This document shows positions 1 to 12,343 of a DNA stretch of 64,000 bases, piece by piece. Source of the DNA: Octopus vulgaris (Eukaryota); assembly GCA_951406725.2 (NCBI GenBank), contig OX597827.1:54746001-54810000 (forward strand), given 5' to 3'. A model generated the notes under the pieces. That model was not told the DNA's origin. It saw only the letters and a list, made by a program, of their open reading frames with translations, and ran no database searches. Position 1 is the stretch's first letter; every line of letters begins with the position of its first letter. The translations under genes were made by a program, and so were the position numbers.

Positions 1-135
1 CACACCTGTCCTACAATGTTTTTCTTAAATTAAACAATCACATCAGTGAAATCAGAAAGCTATGAGTTAATGCCTGATTAATTAAAACCAATGAGCATTA
101 CATTTGACATAGTAATTTGAATATTAAAGGGTTAA
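1..135. mobile_element. TTAA-type (piggyBac-like) MITE family A, partial copy
   Basis: Ends in AAAGGG-TTAA; body matches the complete copy at 12510-12729 in opposite orientation. Confidence 0.7.
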
Positions 136-679
136 ATGCCAATTTCTTTTTAAAACTCAAACTCCAGTCCTGATACTTTGTGATGAGACCTCGTTAATAA
201 AATATCATTACACTAACTCTGTACTCATTACACTGTATTCTCTGAAAACATCTAAAATAATTCAAGCAAAACCTTCGGAAAAATTTATTTCAGTGATATA
301 TTGTTTTCCATTCAGTTATTGGACTTTAGCTGTGCTAGCACACTGCCTTGAAGGGTTCTAGTTGATCGTATTAGCTCCAGAACTTATTTAGTCTGGTCCT
401 TATTCCAATAACACAACCATTCCCTAGATTTCTATTTGTCTGGCATGTGATTTGTTTTGAAATTACGTATTAAAACTAAAGCAAATGCAGCATGGAAAAC
501 ACATTTCAGTCATTCAAAATCACACAAAAGCCTGTTAACTGTATTTAATCATCTATTTGGTGTCAAAGTTTTCATCACTCTGGCTGCCAGGTAAAGATGA
601 CTTGGATATACATAAAGATACCTAAATCATCCAATCATAAAAACAACACTGCAAACTTCTAAATGAATGGGACCCAACC

Positions 680-930
680 AAGGTTCATATAACCTCTTGG
701 GGGTCTGTATAGGATTTTGTGGGGTCTACACAAGCAAAATAGTAAATTGGGTTTATGGTAGTATTTTGGGCGTCCAGGAAAAAATTTTGCTTTAGACACA
801 TTTATTTCAAGAAACAACCAGGTTTCTTTGCCTAATGCTTAACATAGCTCACCCTATACTATAAAACTAGTTCTAAACATAAATGGTTATGGGGGTCCAT
901 AGATTAAAAAAAAATGGTTGAGAACCACTG
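680..930. mobile_element. hAT (Charlie-like) MITE
   Basis: Right end GGTTGAGAACCACTG is the reverse complement of the CAGTGGTTCTCAACC hAT-type TIR; a related copy lies at ~14625-14842. Confidence 0.55.
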
Positions 931-1496
931 TTCTATTTATCTCAGGCTCGTCAACTTTGGTCATCTCTTTCTTAATTGGGGCCAGATGGGGAATTGAACT
1001 CAGGAAGCTATTGTCAATTATATTTGATTTCAGGTCCCTGCAGTTAGAAGTTACTTTAACTCTGCTACAATTATTTACAGTAGATGGATTAGGATATTAG
1101 AGATTAGTCCAATCCACTAAGCACTAAGTGACCTGGCATGAACTGCTAACCTCTTTATTATGTGTGTCTGGTCATCAAATATATTTGAGATTGCATGTTT
1201 TCCTGCAGTAGTGGTGGTGGTGGTGGGAATGATGGTGTTACTAGTAGTAGGAATATCTATGTAAAAAAAAGAATACTCATTATTAAAAGAAGTTATATTT
1301 GTTTATATTTCAAGAAATTCATTGCAAATGTACATAATATATTGAATTTTTAATGCATGAACACATACACAGACATGTTTACACATGCACGCACACACAC
1401 ACAATTCCTAGTATTGCTAACAATGAAGTAATTAAGACTATACAGTTGGGAGTTTAGAATTATAGGATATTTTGTTTTGATACAGAGATATATATG

Positions 1497-1862
1497 AGTA
1501 CAGGATTGTGCAATTAAGAAGTCTGCTTTCCAATGGTTTTAGGTTCAATCCCACTGCCTGACACTTTGGACAAGTGCCTTGGGTTGACCAAAGCTTTTTG
1601 AAGAGATTTAGTTGGTGGAAATTGAAAGAAGCCTGTTGTATGTGTGTGTTGCCTTGTCTTGTGATTGAGTGGTTGTTGTAAGTGAATGTTAAATGTCATG
1701 CATTTCCAATATTCTGTAAACCCTGTCTGTCCATGGGGAATATTATCTTGCTTGGAAATGGGTAAAGGTTGGCAACAGGAAGAGCATGCAGCCATAGAAA
1801 ATCTGTCTAGGTAAGCTCTTTTCAATTCATGCAAGCATGGCCAAGTGGATGTTAAATCATCA
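1497..1862 (+). mobile_element. tRNA-derived SINE with CORE-like head and Meta-like 3' part
   Basis: B-box GGTTCAATCCC, ACTTTGGACAAGT core-like motif, then GGTTGGCAACAGGAAGAGCATGCAGCC and an ATC-type tail. Confidence 0.65.
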
Positions 1863-2984
1863 GAATACTATAGTTTCAGAATATATTCTCAGAATACTAT
1901 AGTTAATATCAAATATTGGGAAATCAAGTAATCTTGTTTAAGATCGATACCACATTGCATGTTCAGAAATAAAATGTTTAAATTTGATTTTGCTTCTGTT
2001 TGCACTTTATTTCCTAACTTATATTGTGGTGGCTGTCTTAAACACTATTGATATACATATATTTCATTACAGCAAAATTTTCTCTATTAAATTCTTTATT
2101 TTGTAATCTTTTCATTATTCCTTTGTTGGAAAGACTAGGAATTTTGAATTTTGTCATCAAATATTCTTTGTTTGATAGTGCTTATATCTATACAAATATC
2201 TATTTACACAATATATTTTTCTATTTTTCAAAATTTACTAGTTTTAGATATCTATATCTGTTAATGCAACTTCAAGTGTGTATGCGTAAAGATTTTTTTT
2301 TTCTTTTTTTGTTAGCTTTATTTCTAAGTAGTGTTCTCAATTCTTTATTTAAAAACAAAATTCTATATCTATAAATCTATTTCCTACTGCTAAGTACATA
2401 AACCATGTGACTGAGATTAAAGTTTTAGCATTGACATATGTATCTTCATGTAGATTAATTTAAGTATATATAAAGATTGTTAGAGATCAACAGATCTATC
2501 TATGGATAAGTTGGATATATCAAATGTATTTTAAGATAGACCACACCCATATCCATTACACACGCACTTACACACACTTACACACACACACACACTTACA
2601 CACACACACACATGCACGTTCTTATGAGAGGTTATTCAACATCCTCTAATTCTCTTCTGTTATAAATTTAATTTTCCTTTACATGTATTTGGTTCACAAA
2701 TTTCAAGTTTTTAGCACAATTTGTTTCCACTGGATGCACTTCTAAACACACATTTTCCATTGTGAAATGGGTGTGGCTTCTGGTCATTTAGCATGCAATA
2801 ATGCACCTTCCCAGGGGAACATGGCATAACTGTAACTAATTTTGAAATCAGAATTTTTGTGAGTCACTCTCATCATTAACCCTTTAGTATTTAAACTGGC
2901 TCAAATATTTCTTCATGTTCAAACTGGCCAGATCTGACCTCTCATGCCAATCCTACAACATCATTCTAAAAATAAGCAATCGAG

Positions 2985-3166
2985 GTACAGGTGAAGCTGT
3001 GTAGTAAATAGGTTGCTTCCCAATCACATAGTTCCAGGTTCAGTCCCACTGTATGGCAACTTGGGCAAGTGTCTTCTACTATAGCCTCAGACTGACCAAA
3101 GGTTTGTGAGTGGATTTGGTTGAAAGAAGCCTGACATGTATGTGTGTGTGTGTGTGTGTATACACA
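2985..3166 (+). mobile_element. CORE-type SINE 5' half, interrupted by a Tc1/mariner element
   Basis: GGTTCAGTCCC B-box, CTTGGGCAAGTGTCTT, then (TG)n. Confidence 0.75.
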
Positions 3167-3168
3167 TA

Positions 3169-3671
3169 CAGTGTGATGGGTAAATTGTTGCCATTTTATA
3201 ATTTAAATTTCGTGCTTGCGCATTGTTTGTTTTTGATTTTGTCAACTACACAGTATAGTAGGGTCAGTTGGGCACTGTCTGTGAGAAAACAGCACCATGA
3301 TGCAATTCACTCTGCCAGAAATTTGGAAATGACATGCTGTACTGCTTGGCATTTGTGTCAGAAGCTCCAATATGAACATTTCAGAGTGTTTGGGTGTCAA
3401 TCGGAGGACATGTACCAAGGGTGATAAAAATCAAACATTCCATCAACATCATGGTCTTTGGAGTGATCACTAGTGATGGTGTCATTATGCCTCCATTCAT
3501 CTTCCCACATGGCCTCTGACTCAAGACGGAGGCCTACATCAAGTTCCTGGAGGAGGTAGTGCTGTCCTGGGTCAAGAGGGTGGCTGCTGGAAGACCCTAC
3601 GTTTGGCAACAGGACTCTGCACGATGCCACACAAGCAGGAGAACCCAGTCATGTCTGACAGACAATTTCTG
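3169..3671 (+). mobile_element. IS630-Tc1-mariner (maT/DD37D-like) transposon remnant, internally deleted
   Basis: Begins TA|CAGTGTGATGGG. Decayed transposase IMVFGVITSDG..MPPFIFPHGL..EAYIK.LEEVVLSWVKRVAAGRPYVWQQDSARCHTS contains the second catalytic D (QQD); the N-terminal part is fused to it near 3410. Confidence 0.8.
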
Positions 3672-4349
3672 TGTATGTGCGCATGTATGCATGTGTGTGT
3701 GTGTGTGTTTTCTGAGACTAGTGGCTCACATCGTTTTTTGGCTCATAATCCCATCCACAGGCCCCTTAGAATCTTTCAGTTTTCTGTGGCCTCCTCAACA
3801 TTATTAGTAGTAAAAGTTCTTCAATTTTGTAATAAATATTTAGAAGTAGAAACAGATCACTTCTGAAAAAATTAAAAACCGTTCTTAAGAATAAATTTGT
3901 AAAATTTATCAAATAATGAAATTTTAAATATTAATTGTTTTAAATTAGTTTTATTTTCATGAAATTCATTTCTATGAATAATTAAGAAATTGATAATTTG
4001 TAATGAAAACAATTTTTGAACAGAAAATTTATAACAAGCATTGGAAATAATTTTTTTCATTGGTGATCTACCTTTCTACCATTAATGTAATAAACTCCAT
4101 AAAAAGTTTGTGCCTATTAATTGCACATTTATTCTTTATTCTATTTCACAAACACAACAATATTTTGTAGGTTCAATAAAACAACCATTTCTAATCATCT
4201 ATTGTTTTCCATGCATGATGATAAAAAAAAAATATTCTATTGACACCAAAGAAAAAAATCAATAATTTCTATAAAATGATTATTTTTTCAGTACAAAAAT
4301 AAGATCCTTCTGCTAAATACAAAATATCTTACCTTTTTTCTATGTTTAT

Positions 4350-4935
4350 TCTGTGGAGTGCTAGTGCATTGAGAAAAACAATTAGGTATAAGAGGAATTA
4401 GATACAGTCTGCATGAGAGAAGTCTATGGTGGTTTGGTCATGTGGTGCAAATTGGTGGAGGCACATGGCCTAGTGGTTAGAGCAGTGGATTCACGGTCGA
4501 GGGATCGCGGGTTCTAATCTCAGACCGGGCGATGTGTGTGTTTATGAGTGAAACACTAGCTCCACGCAGCTCCGGCAGAAGGTAATGGCGAACTTCTGCT
4601 GACTCTTTCACCACAACTTTCTCTCAGTCTTTCTTCCTGCATCTTGCAGCTCACCTGCGATGGACCGGCATCCTGTCCAGGTAGGGAACCTATACGCCAC
4701 GGAAAGGCATGGCTTGAGAAGGAACAAACATGTGGTGCAGATGGATATTGACAGCTCCTTAAAGAAATGCTGATCACTCAAAGTGGGTGGATAGAACTCA
4801 TGGAAGAGGGAGACATGGAACAAAGTACTGAAGGACCAAGATATCTGGTGCCTTGCTGTACTCAAAAAGATCTGTCTTCCACAGCAGAATTATTAATGCT
4901 GCTGTTCTTGATGAAGGGGATTGGCCTGCAAGAAG
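4350..4935 (+). mobile_element. RTE-clade LINE 3' remnant, split by a SINE
   Basis: SLWWFGHVVQ (RLRWFGHV-like) before the SINE, continuing after it to KDQDIWCLAVLKK; a sister copy lies at 58510-58680 on the minus strand. Confidence 0.6.
4453..4728 (+). mobile_element. tRNA-derived SINE (V-domain-like) with TSD
   Basis: A-box TGGCCTAGTGG, B-like GGTTCTAATCT, GATGGACCGGCATCCTGTCCAG; flanked by the direct repeat CATGTGGTGCA (4439-4449 and 4729-4739). Confidence 0.8.
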
Positions 4936-4939
4936 ACTG

Positions 4940-5172
4940 TGCCGGTGCCATGTAGAAAGCACTCATACTGGTGCCATGCAAAAGTGTCCATGCCAGTGCC
5001 ATGCTAAAAGTACCCGACACACACTGTAAGGTGGTTCGAATTAGGAGGGACATCCAGCTGTAGAAGCCAAGCCAAATTAGACTGGAACTTGGTGTGGCTC
5101 TCCAGCTTGCCAGCTCTGGTCAAACTATCCAACCCATACCAGCATAGAAAATAGACGTTAAATGATGATGAT
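4940..5172 (+). mobile_element. Meta-domain-like SINE 3' part
   Basis: TGCCATG repeats, TTAGGAGGGACATCCAGCTGTAG, (GAT)n tail. Confidence 0.65.
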
Positions 5173-5413
5173 GAGATCCTTATGGCTTCTCCAGTTTCAC
5201 ATGTTTTTCAGTATCAGGGTCCATGGTTATCAGAGAAAAATGAAGATCATCACTTCCATAAAGACACACACACATGCACATACAACAAGCTTCTTCAGTT
5301 TCTTATTTCTTCATTGCCCACAAGGGGCTAAACTTAGAAGGGACAAACAAGGACAGACAAACAGATTAAGTCAATTACATAAATTTGGTCTATGTAAACT
5401 GTCAAAATCTGTC

Positions 5414-5568
5414 ACAGGCGTGGCTGTGTGGTAAGAAGCTTGCTTCCCAACCACATGGTTCTTGGTTCAGTCTCTCTGCAGGACACCTTGGGCAAGTGTT
5501 TTCTATTGACCAATGCCTTGTGAATGAATTTGGTAGACAGAAACTGAAAGAAGCCTGTCATATTTGTA

Positions 5569-5604
<36 letters not shown>

Positions 5605-5790
5605 TTTGAGTCTATTTGTCCCCCCCCATCTTCACTTGACAACTGGTGTTAGTGTGTTTATGTCCTTGTAACTTAGCAGTTCATCTAAAGAGACCAATAG
5701 AATGAGTACTAGGCTTAAGATATAAGTCCTGGGATCAAGGCAGTGCCGCAGCATGGCCATAGTAAAATGATTGAAACAAGTAAAAGGATA
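5414..5790 (+). mobile_element. CORE-type SINE, near full length
   Basis: GTGGCTGTGTGGTAAG head, ACCTTGGGCAAGT, internal (TG)n, TGAAACAAGTAAAAG tail. Confidence 0.85.
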
Positions 5791-6144
5791 TAAAAATATG
5801 TGTGTGTGTCTCTCTCTTTCCGTTTGTTCCTCTTCCACTTGGCAACTAGTTTTGTTTATGGCCCCATAACTTGTCAGTGATAGAATAATGGATAATGGGT
5901 GAAACAAGTAAAAAGTGAAAGGAAGATAAAAAATAATAAACTGCTTAAGGATATAAATACACTTCAGTTTAATGCATGACTGCTTTATATAACAGCTGAC
6001 TGTTGTAGACACCATGTCTTTAATCCCAATTAACACTTATGTGACCAGTGAATCTGTGAATGATAAAAGAATGATCTGTACAGAGTGATATGTATTTACA
6101 CTCTGCTTCTGGATTTAATTCTTTCTCCTTTTGTTTGTAAACCA

Positions 6145-6490
6145 AAATTTACACACACTTACTCACACACATGCTTACATGCACACTCACACATGATCTC
6201 ACTCGCGCATGCACTCCCTCATACACATGCGCTCCCTCATGCACTCACCCACACATACAGTACACACGTACTCCCTCACACACACACATGCTCCTTGACA
6301 CATACGCTTACTCATACATGCATGTACTCCCTTACGCACATACTACCTCACACACACTCCCTCATGCATGCAATTCCTCACACATGCATTCACTCATGCA
6401 TGTACTCATATGCACACACTCACACATACTCATGCATTCACTTGCACATATACATGCACTCATGCATGCACTTTTGCACACATGCACATT
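6145..6490. repeat. Degenerate (CA)n/CATG low-complexity tract
   Basis: Direct inspection; accounts for the His/Thr-rich spurious ORFs. Confidence 0.9.
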
Positions 6491-6726
6491 TTGAATCAAT
6501 AGGTCTTATGAATTAACAAGTTTACTCTTTTTCTGTTTTTAAATTGTTTTACTGATAGTGGTGCAATAGTTTAAGTATAGCAAATTATTTCATTTTTATC
6601 TGAATACTCTTTCTTTTAACCACTGAAACTGTAAGTAAATAGTTAACATCTTGTCAGTCATTTAAACTGAGGAAAGCAGTGTCAGGGTGGGGAGATGTGT
6701 CACTGCTATTTCTAGTAGTTGAGCAC

Positions 6727-6773
6727 CCATCATTGATGAGACCAAAGAAGGTTGAAATCACTTGATCTGGTAG
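6727..6773 (+). ncRNA. Minimal type I hammerhead ribozyme motif (U3 variant)
   Basis: CCATCA-TTGATGA-GACC aaagaa GGTT-GAAA-TCActTGA-TC^-TGGTAG; all three stems can be drawn. Confidence 0.7.
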
Positions 6774-7086
6774 ACTTGGTGATGGAGGTTGCCAGGATTT
6801 ATCTCCCTGCTAACATATAAACAAGAGTGCATTTTGCATTTTACACCAAAAGCCAATATGAGAGTTTCTCTCATCGTATTTATCACAGTATAGTTTGTTC
6901 TGACAGAACATCCACATTTAAGTGACGATGAATATTATCTCTTGGTATTAATAGTGCCTCTGTTGTTAATCTATATTTTGTAACAATTTCATTGGCTAAT
7001 CATGAGACCAGTGCCTGTTCTAGCACTGTTATTCTATATATTGCTGGTAGGGAGACGAGTCACTGCTATCTCTAGCAGTCAAGCAT

Positions 7087-7133
7087 CCATCATTGATGAA
7101 ATCAAGGAAGGTCGAAATCATGTGATCTGGTGG
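7087..7133 (+). ncRNA. Minimal type I hammerhead ribozyme motif (decayed stem II)
   Basis: CCATCA-TTGATGA-AATC aaggaa GGTC-GAAA-TCAtgTGA-TC^-TGGTGG. Confidence 0.65.
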
Positions 7134-8053
7134 TCTCAGTGTTGGAGGTTGCAAGGATTTACCTTCCCACTAGCAATATAAACAAAATGCATTCTGCACC
7201 AAAAGCCAATATGAGAGCTTTTTTTCATGGTGTCTACTGTAATGTAGTTTATTCTAACAGAACATCCATATTTAAGTGGGGATAAATATTACCTCTCCAT
7301 AGTGTTGCATGTACTTTACTCAACAATGCTACAGCTATAGTTATCATTCAACTACTGTAGTAGTTGAATAATATTCTTAAGGCTGCAATTCACTCACATG
7401 CAGCATCTTTCAGAGCTTCTCGCTAATCCAGTTCTTAGCCAAATTGAAAACTGTTAACATTTTTGAAGGGGAGTGGTCCCTAGCTACATTTTGGCATAAA
7501 CAAATTGAGATTTGATCCAGTAGAAAAACGTTAGCATCAAAATTTGTAGCAACATTATAGGAGAGTAAGTAACACCACCAATCAAGTTTAGATCTAAATA
7601 ACTTCTTTTTATTTTAAAAGCAAAATATACTTATCTTAGCTTCGATGATAGAAGAGAGCATGAAGAATTTCATAGTTTTGTTCCCATGCAACAAAAATTT
7701 GTATCAAGAAAGTTGTGAGGTAAAATATCATGAAAAAAATATGAGTAAGGCAAAAAATTGGATTTAAGTATAATTAACTTTTTTATTTTAAAAACAAACT
7801 GTTTTTTAATTAAGTTTAAATGATACAGCTCAATTCAAGGAATTTCATGGTATCAATCTTGTGCAATGAAGTTTTAAAAGAAAAAAGTTAGGAGTGCTTG
7901 TTTCTCAAATTTGAGGGTGATTATATAGTTCTATACTTTTTTATAAATATAGTTCTATATAAGGGGACTTTTAATATATGTCACTGGTGTCATTGAAGTA
8001 AGGAAAAAATTATCAACAACACTGCTAATTGACACATTTGACACTTTATTAAT

Positions 8054-8728
8054 TACCATAATAACATAGACTGGAAAAAATATGGATTACATGGAAAATG
8101 CGAGCAAGAGAAATAATATTCTTAAGATTATAAACCTGGAAAATTACAGGACAAGTTATTACACTTGGAAAAGTTCAGGACAACTTATTGCATCTGGTAA
8201 AGTACAGAACAAGAAAATTTTTACTTAAAATATTGCAGCTAAGGATAAAATTTGAATATTAAAAATTATTTGATTTTAATTTACAAAGTAACATTATAAT
8301 TAAAGAAGGTACCATCATTTTGTTAAAATATTGACACACAATACTGAAAAATGAGAGCCAGAAGTACCAATATAGCTAAAGTTTTATGCAAAGTAGAATA
8401 GTATATATGGTAGGCAAATTCATTATGTAAAAAATAGGCATTGGGTCAAGACTAAAAATGTGAAGACTTGGCAATAACTCTAGCAAATTTTACTGTGAAC
8501 TTGTTGTTATAGGTAGATTTTACTGTAATACTTTTTACTTGTTTCAGTCATGTGACTGTGGCCATGCTGGAGCACCGCCTTTAGTCGAGCAAATCAACCC
8601 CAGGACTTATTCTTTGTAAGCCTAGTACTTATTCTATCGGTCTCTTTTGCCGAACTGCTAAGTTACAGGAACGTAAACACACCAGCATCGGTTGTCAAGC
8701 GATGTTGGGGAGACAAACAAAGACATAT

Positions 8729-8779
<51 letters not shown>

Positions 8780-9391
8780 CGAAGAGCTTCTTTCAGTTTC
8801 CATCTACCAAATCCACCCACAAGGCATTGGTCGCCCGGGGCTATAGTAGAAAACACTTGCCCAAGGTGCCACGCAGAGTGGGACTGAACCCGGAACCATG
8901 TGGTTGGTAAGCAAGCTATTTACCGCACAGCCACTCCTATGCCTATTTAGTAATTTTTGTAGTATTCTATTTATTGTACCAACTAATTATGTACTACAAT
9001 TATTTTTTATGATCTATTTTCAAATTTCTAATTAATTAATAATTTAAAAATTGAATTTTTTTAAAGTGCAAAAAATATTTTGAGTTATTTTTTAAATTTT
9101 TAATAGAAGTAACAAGTAATAACAAACAACAGTCATAAAATTTTTAGTTTTAATAAAAGCTAATATTTTCTAAATCTTAATATTTTAATTGAAATTTTAT
9201 CCTTAGCTGTAATATTTTAAGTAAAAAATTTTCTTGTTCTGTACTTTACCAGATGTAATAAGTTGTCCTGAACTTTTCCAAATGTATTAACTTGTCCTGT
9301 AATTTTCCAGGTTTATAATCTTGAGAATATTATTTCTCTTGCTCGCTTTTTTCCATGTGATAGTAATATTTTAGCTCTATGTCTAATGGTA
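8054..9391. mobile_element. Foldback-like non-autonomous DNA element with ~180-bp TIRs
   Basis: 8088-8270 is a close reverse complement of 9175-9359; the arms contain ~30-bp subrepeats (GGAAAA..CAGGACAA.TTATT); weaker symmetry extends to 8054/9391. Confidence 0.8.
8531..8944 (-). mobile_element. CORE-type SINE, full length, nested in the foldback element
   Basis: Reverse complement of the family seen at 37668-38062. Confidence 0.9.
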
Positions 9392-9499
9392 GCATTAAAC
9401 ACCTTAGCATTAAACATGTTAGCCTTATACTCATCCATTGAAATTTGAAGACATTAAGCTGAAATTATATGCTTCTTTATGTTTCAATTATTATAATTG

Positions 9500-9529
9500 T
9501 TTTTGTTTTATTTTATTTTCTAGGTAAGT
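9500..9529 (+). promoter_or_regulatory. Candidate recursive splice site (ratchet point)
   Basis: TTTTTGTTTTATTTTATTTTCTAG|GTAAGT: a strong U-rich acceptor directly abutting a consensus donor; junction at 9523/9524. Confidence 0.5.
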
Positions 9530-10167
9530 CCACAGATTAATGACAAAGTTAAAAGCTGGTAATGTACATTCATACATTTTTGTTCCTTATATTATTTCAC
9601 TGTCTCCATCCACTTAAGCCTACTCAACACTCTGATTTATCCTTTCCTTGTCATCTATGCTGAATCTTGACCCTCTCCTTACAACAATCCCTGCACTAAT
9701 GACATTGCCTTTTTCCTTCCCCCCAAAGCATCAATCTTCTGGAATTTTCTCTAAGCCTATATCTTTCTTGCAGACGTCAGCTTACAAGTGATTAAAGATG
9801 CTAATCTTAAGTCTCTGAGAATCTGAGATCATGAGCACCACTGTCACCCACCTAAATAATTACACACACATACATGCTTAGTGTATTTTGGGTGAAAATC
9901 TCTTAATACACATTTAAGAGCTCCTATGTTGCTGTGTGGCTATCACATGTTATACCTCAGGGTATTTCCATGTATGGATATACATGTAGAACTCTTTCTG
10001 TGTAGTATTAATATAATAATAATAACACAAGGATGGAAGTTAACAGGCTCTAATAGTGGATCCCAATATACTTTTCATGAATATGAACATGGCAACTTAA
10101 AGATGATGTGGGGTGCAGAAACATATGATTACCCACTATTAAAGCCTGTTAGTTTCCATCCTTGTAC

Positions 10168-10169
10168 TA

Positions 10170-10228
<59 letters not shown>
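10168..10228. repeat. (TTA)n microsatellite
   Basis: Direct inspection. Confidence 0.95.
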
Positions 10229-10535
10229 GGAGGCGCAATGGCCCAGTGGTTAGGGCAGAGGACTTGCGGTCGGAGGATCGCGGTTTCGATTCCCAGACCT
10301 GGTGTTGTGTGTGTTTATTGAGCAAAAACACCTGAAAAAAGCTCCACGAGGCTCCGGCAGTGGGTGGTGGCGACCCCTGTTGTACTCTTTCATCCCAACT
10401 TTCTCTCATTCTCTCTTCCTGTTTCTTGAGTAATGCTGCGATGGACTGGCTTCCCGTCCAGCTGGGGGGAACACATATGCCACAGAAACCGGGAAACTGA
10501 GCCCATGAGCCTGACTAGGCTTGAAAAGGGAGCAT
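10229..10535 (+). mobile_element. tRNA-derived SINE (V-domain-like)
   Basis: GGAGGCGCAATGGCCCAGTGG A-box, GGTTTCGATTCCC B-box, GATGGACTGGCTTCCCGTCCAG; related to 4453-4728. Confidence 0.8.
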
Positions 10536-12343
10536 AAATAAATTATTGTTATTATTATATATATGGAGTCAAGGATGGAAAATGCTGCTAATACCTGTTG
10601 AGTCAAAAATACACATTCCCTTTCTTCCAGAAGACAGACTGTTTCTTTTAATGGCATGTTAATTCATGAGACTTCTTGATTCTCTGACATTAACCCCTCA
10701 TTTGCAGTTGATAATAATTGTTACTAGGTATTTGCTTAACCTCTCTCATAGCAAGAATAATTTCAGTAAAACAAGAATTTATTTTGTATGGCATTTCGTG
10801 TACCTTAACCTCATCTTTGCTCTTCAAATTCATGATACTGGCCATTGACTTGAGTGCAATGATGCTACATTTAAATTGCTTGCAGTGAATAAAACATTAT
10901 CAGGGACAGGGTTCTAGAAGGATATTGTTATGGAAAAGAAGGATTGGGCAATGCATTCTGTAGGGATGTGACAGTTGAGTGAGAGAAAACTGGTGTTTAA
11001 GTTGTGAAAGTATATAGTCAGCTTGTTCAAAAGAGCAAATGTTACATGAATAGCAGTAGCAGTGTCAGGTGCATAAACTGTACTTGTATTGGTAAATATC
11101 TTAGTTTTAAGTTATTATCTATAGTGTTTACAGAGGCAAAAATAATGATTTATGGTTACTTGTCAATTCTTATAATATTATTGTTTTATTTCAAGATGAT
11201 ATTGAATAGGACAATATTAACATTTCCAAAGAGACTCAGATTTTTCATAGATAGGTGTGTATGTATGCATATACATATGTGTATGTACGTGTGTGTGAGA
11301 GAGAGAGATTTGCCTTAAGTGATTTGTGGTTGCAATCTCAAAGTAAATTGTAGTTTCAAACTAGTTTGATCTCGTTCAGTTTTGATGCAGTCAGAACCAT
11401 TTATAATCCCTTAGCTTGCCAAGTATGCACCACTGGTGCGTAGTGGGCTATAAAGATATACAACTTTATTTTGCATTTTATATAAATCTTATATTTGTTA
11501 TACACTGGTAATTTTTCATCTCGGAAAATCTAATATTTTATGCAACTGAACCAAATGAATGTATAGGACTCAGAAGAATGTTTTGCTTGAGTGGTAAAAA
11601 TGTGCGTAAAGTTCCAATACTTAGAGTACTATGTGAAGGGCTTACAAAGATCTCTTTGTGACTGAGCTACGGTACCTTCCATTCTAGGTAAATTGTAATG
11701 GAACACAAAATTTCAAACCATTGATTTTTCTTTGATTTCTAGTTAAGGCCACCCATTTGGTTAACCATGCAAATCAAGTTGATTTATGTCTTGAGTTACT
11801 GTTCTTTATGACCAGTTTTGCTGAGTCTTTCTAGAAGCCATCTAAATTTTAACATTGGCTGAGTGTAAATATTCATTTCCCTGTTCTTTTTTTAAACAGC
11901 CCTTCTGCTCATCATATATTAGATGTTTCTCATATAGGTGTTGATATACCTCTTCTGTTGTTAATCCTATTTGCAGTTTCCACATGTGCTAGACATGTAA
12001 TTAGTCAATAATTTGAGGCATTTTGTTTCGTCTTTCAATATTTGGTAGAGTCTTCTGTTTGTGAACCGCATTGTACATCTTTGATATACACTCATTTCTA
12101 TCATTATGGTTTCATGGAGATTTTGTTAATATTTTATTATGGCTGGGTTTAGATCATGTTTGTTCCTAACACGCACAATTCACCAGTGAAAGCAGTTTTC
12201 AAACTCTGCAATGTTTCGACCTAACTGTGTGTATCCTTGGTCAAAACTAACCTGCCAAACGAATAAATCTAACATGAGCACAAACTTTTGTTTATAAAAA
12301 TCAGCAAATTATTTGATGATGCATGCTGATGTCTGCCAACAGA

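Larger units (their letters stand above)
6686..7296 (+). repeat. ~360-bp tandem repeat (1.7 copies), each copy carrying a type I hammerhead motif (retrozyme-like)
   Basis: 6686-6942 aligns to 7046-7296; the offset is exactly 360 at the HHR motifs. Confidence 0.85.

Noticed and set aside
6690-6810. Duplicated mutually exclusive exons on the minus strand of the 360-bp repeat
   Set aside because: Differences between copies are mostly non-synonymous and splice sites are not shared; the hammerhead fold explains the conservation better.
10229-10300. tRNA-like sequences at SINE heads
   Set aside because: They continue into repeat bodies and lack a complete cloverleaf, so they are not tRNA genes.
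11760-12250. Possible GIY-YIG/Penelope traces and a half hammerhead (GACC..GGTC-GAAAC on the minus strand)
   Set aside because: Motifs are too degenerate, there is no CUGANGA box, and the strands are inconsistent.
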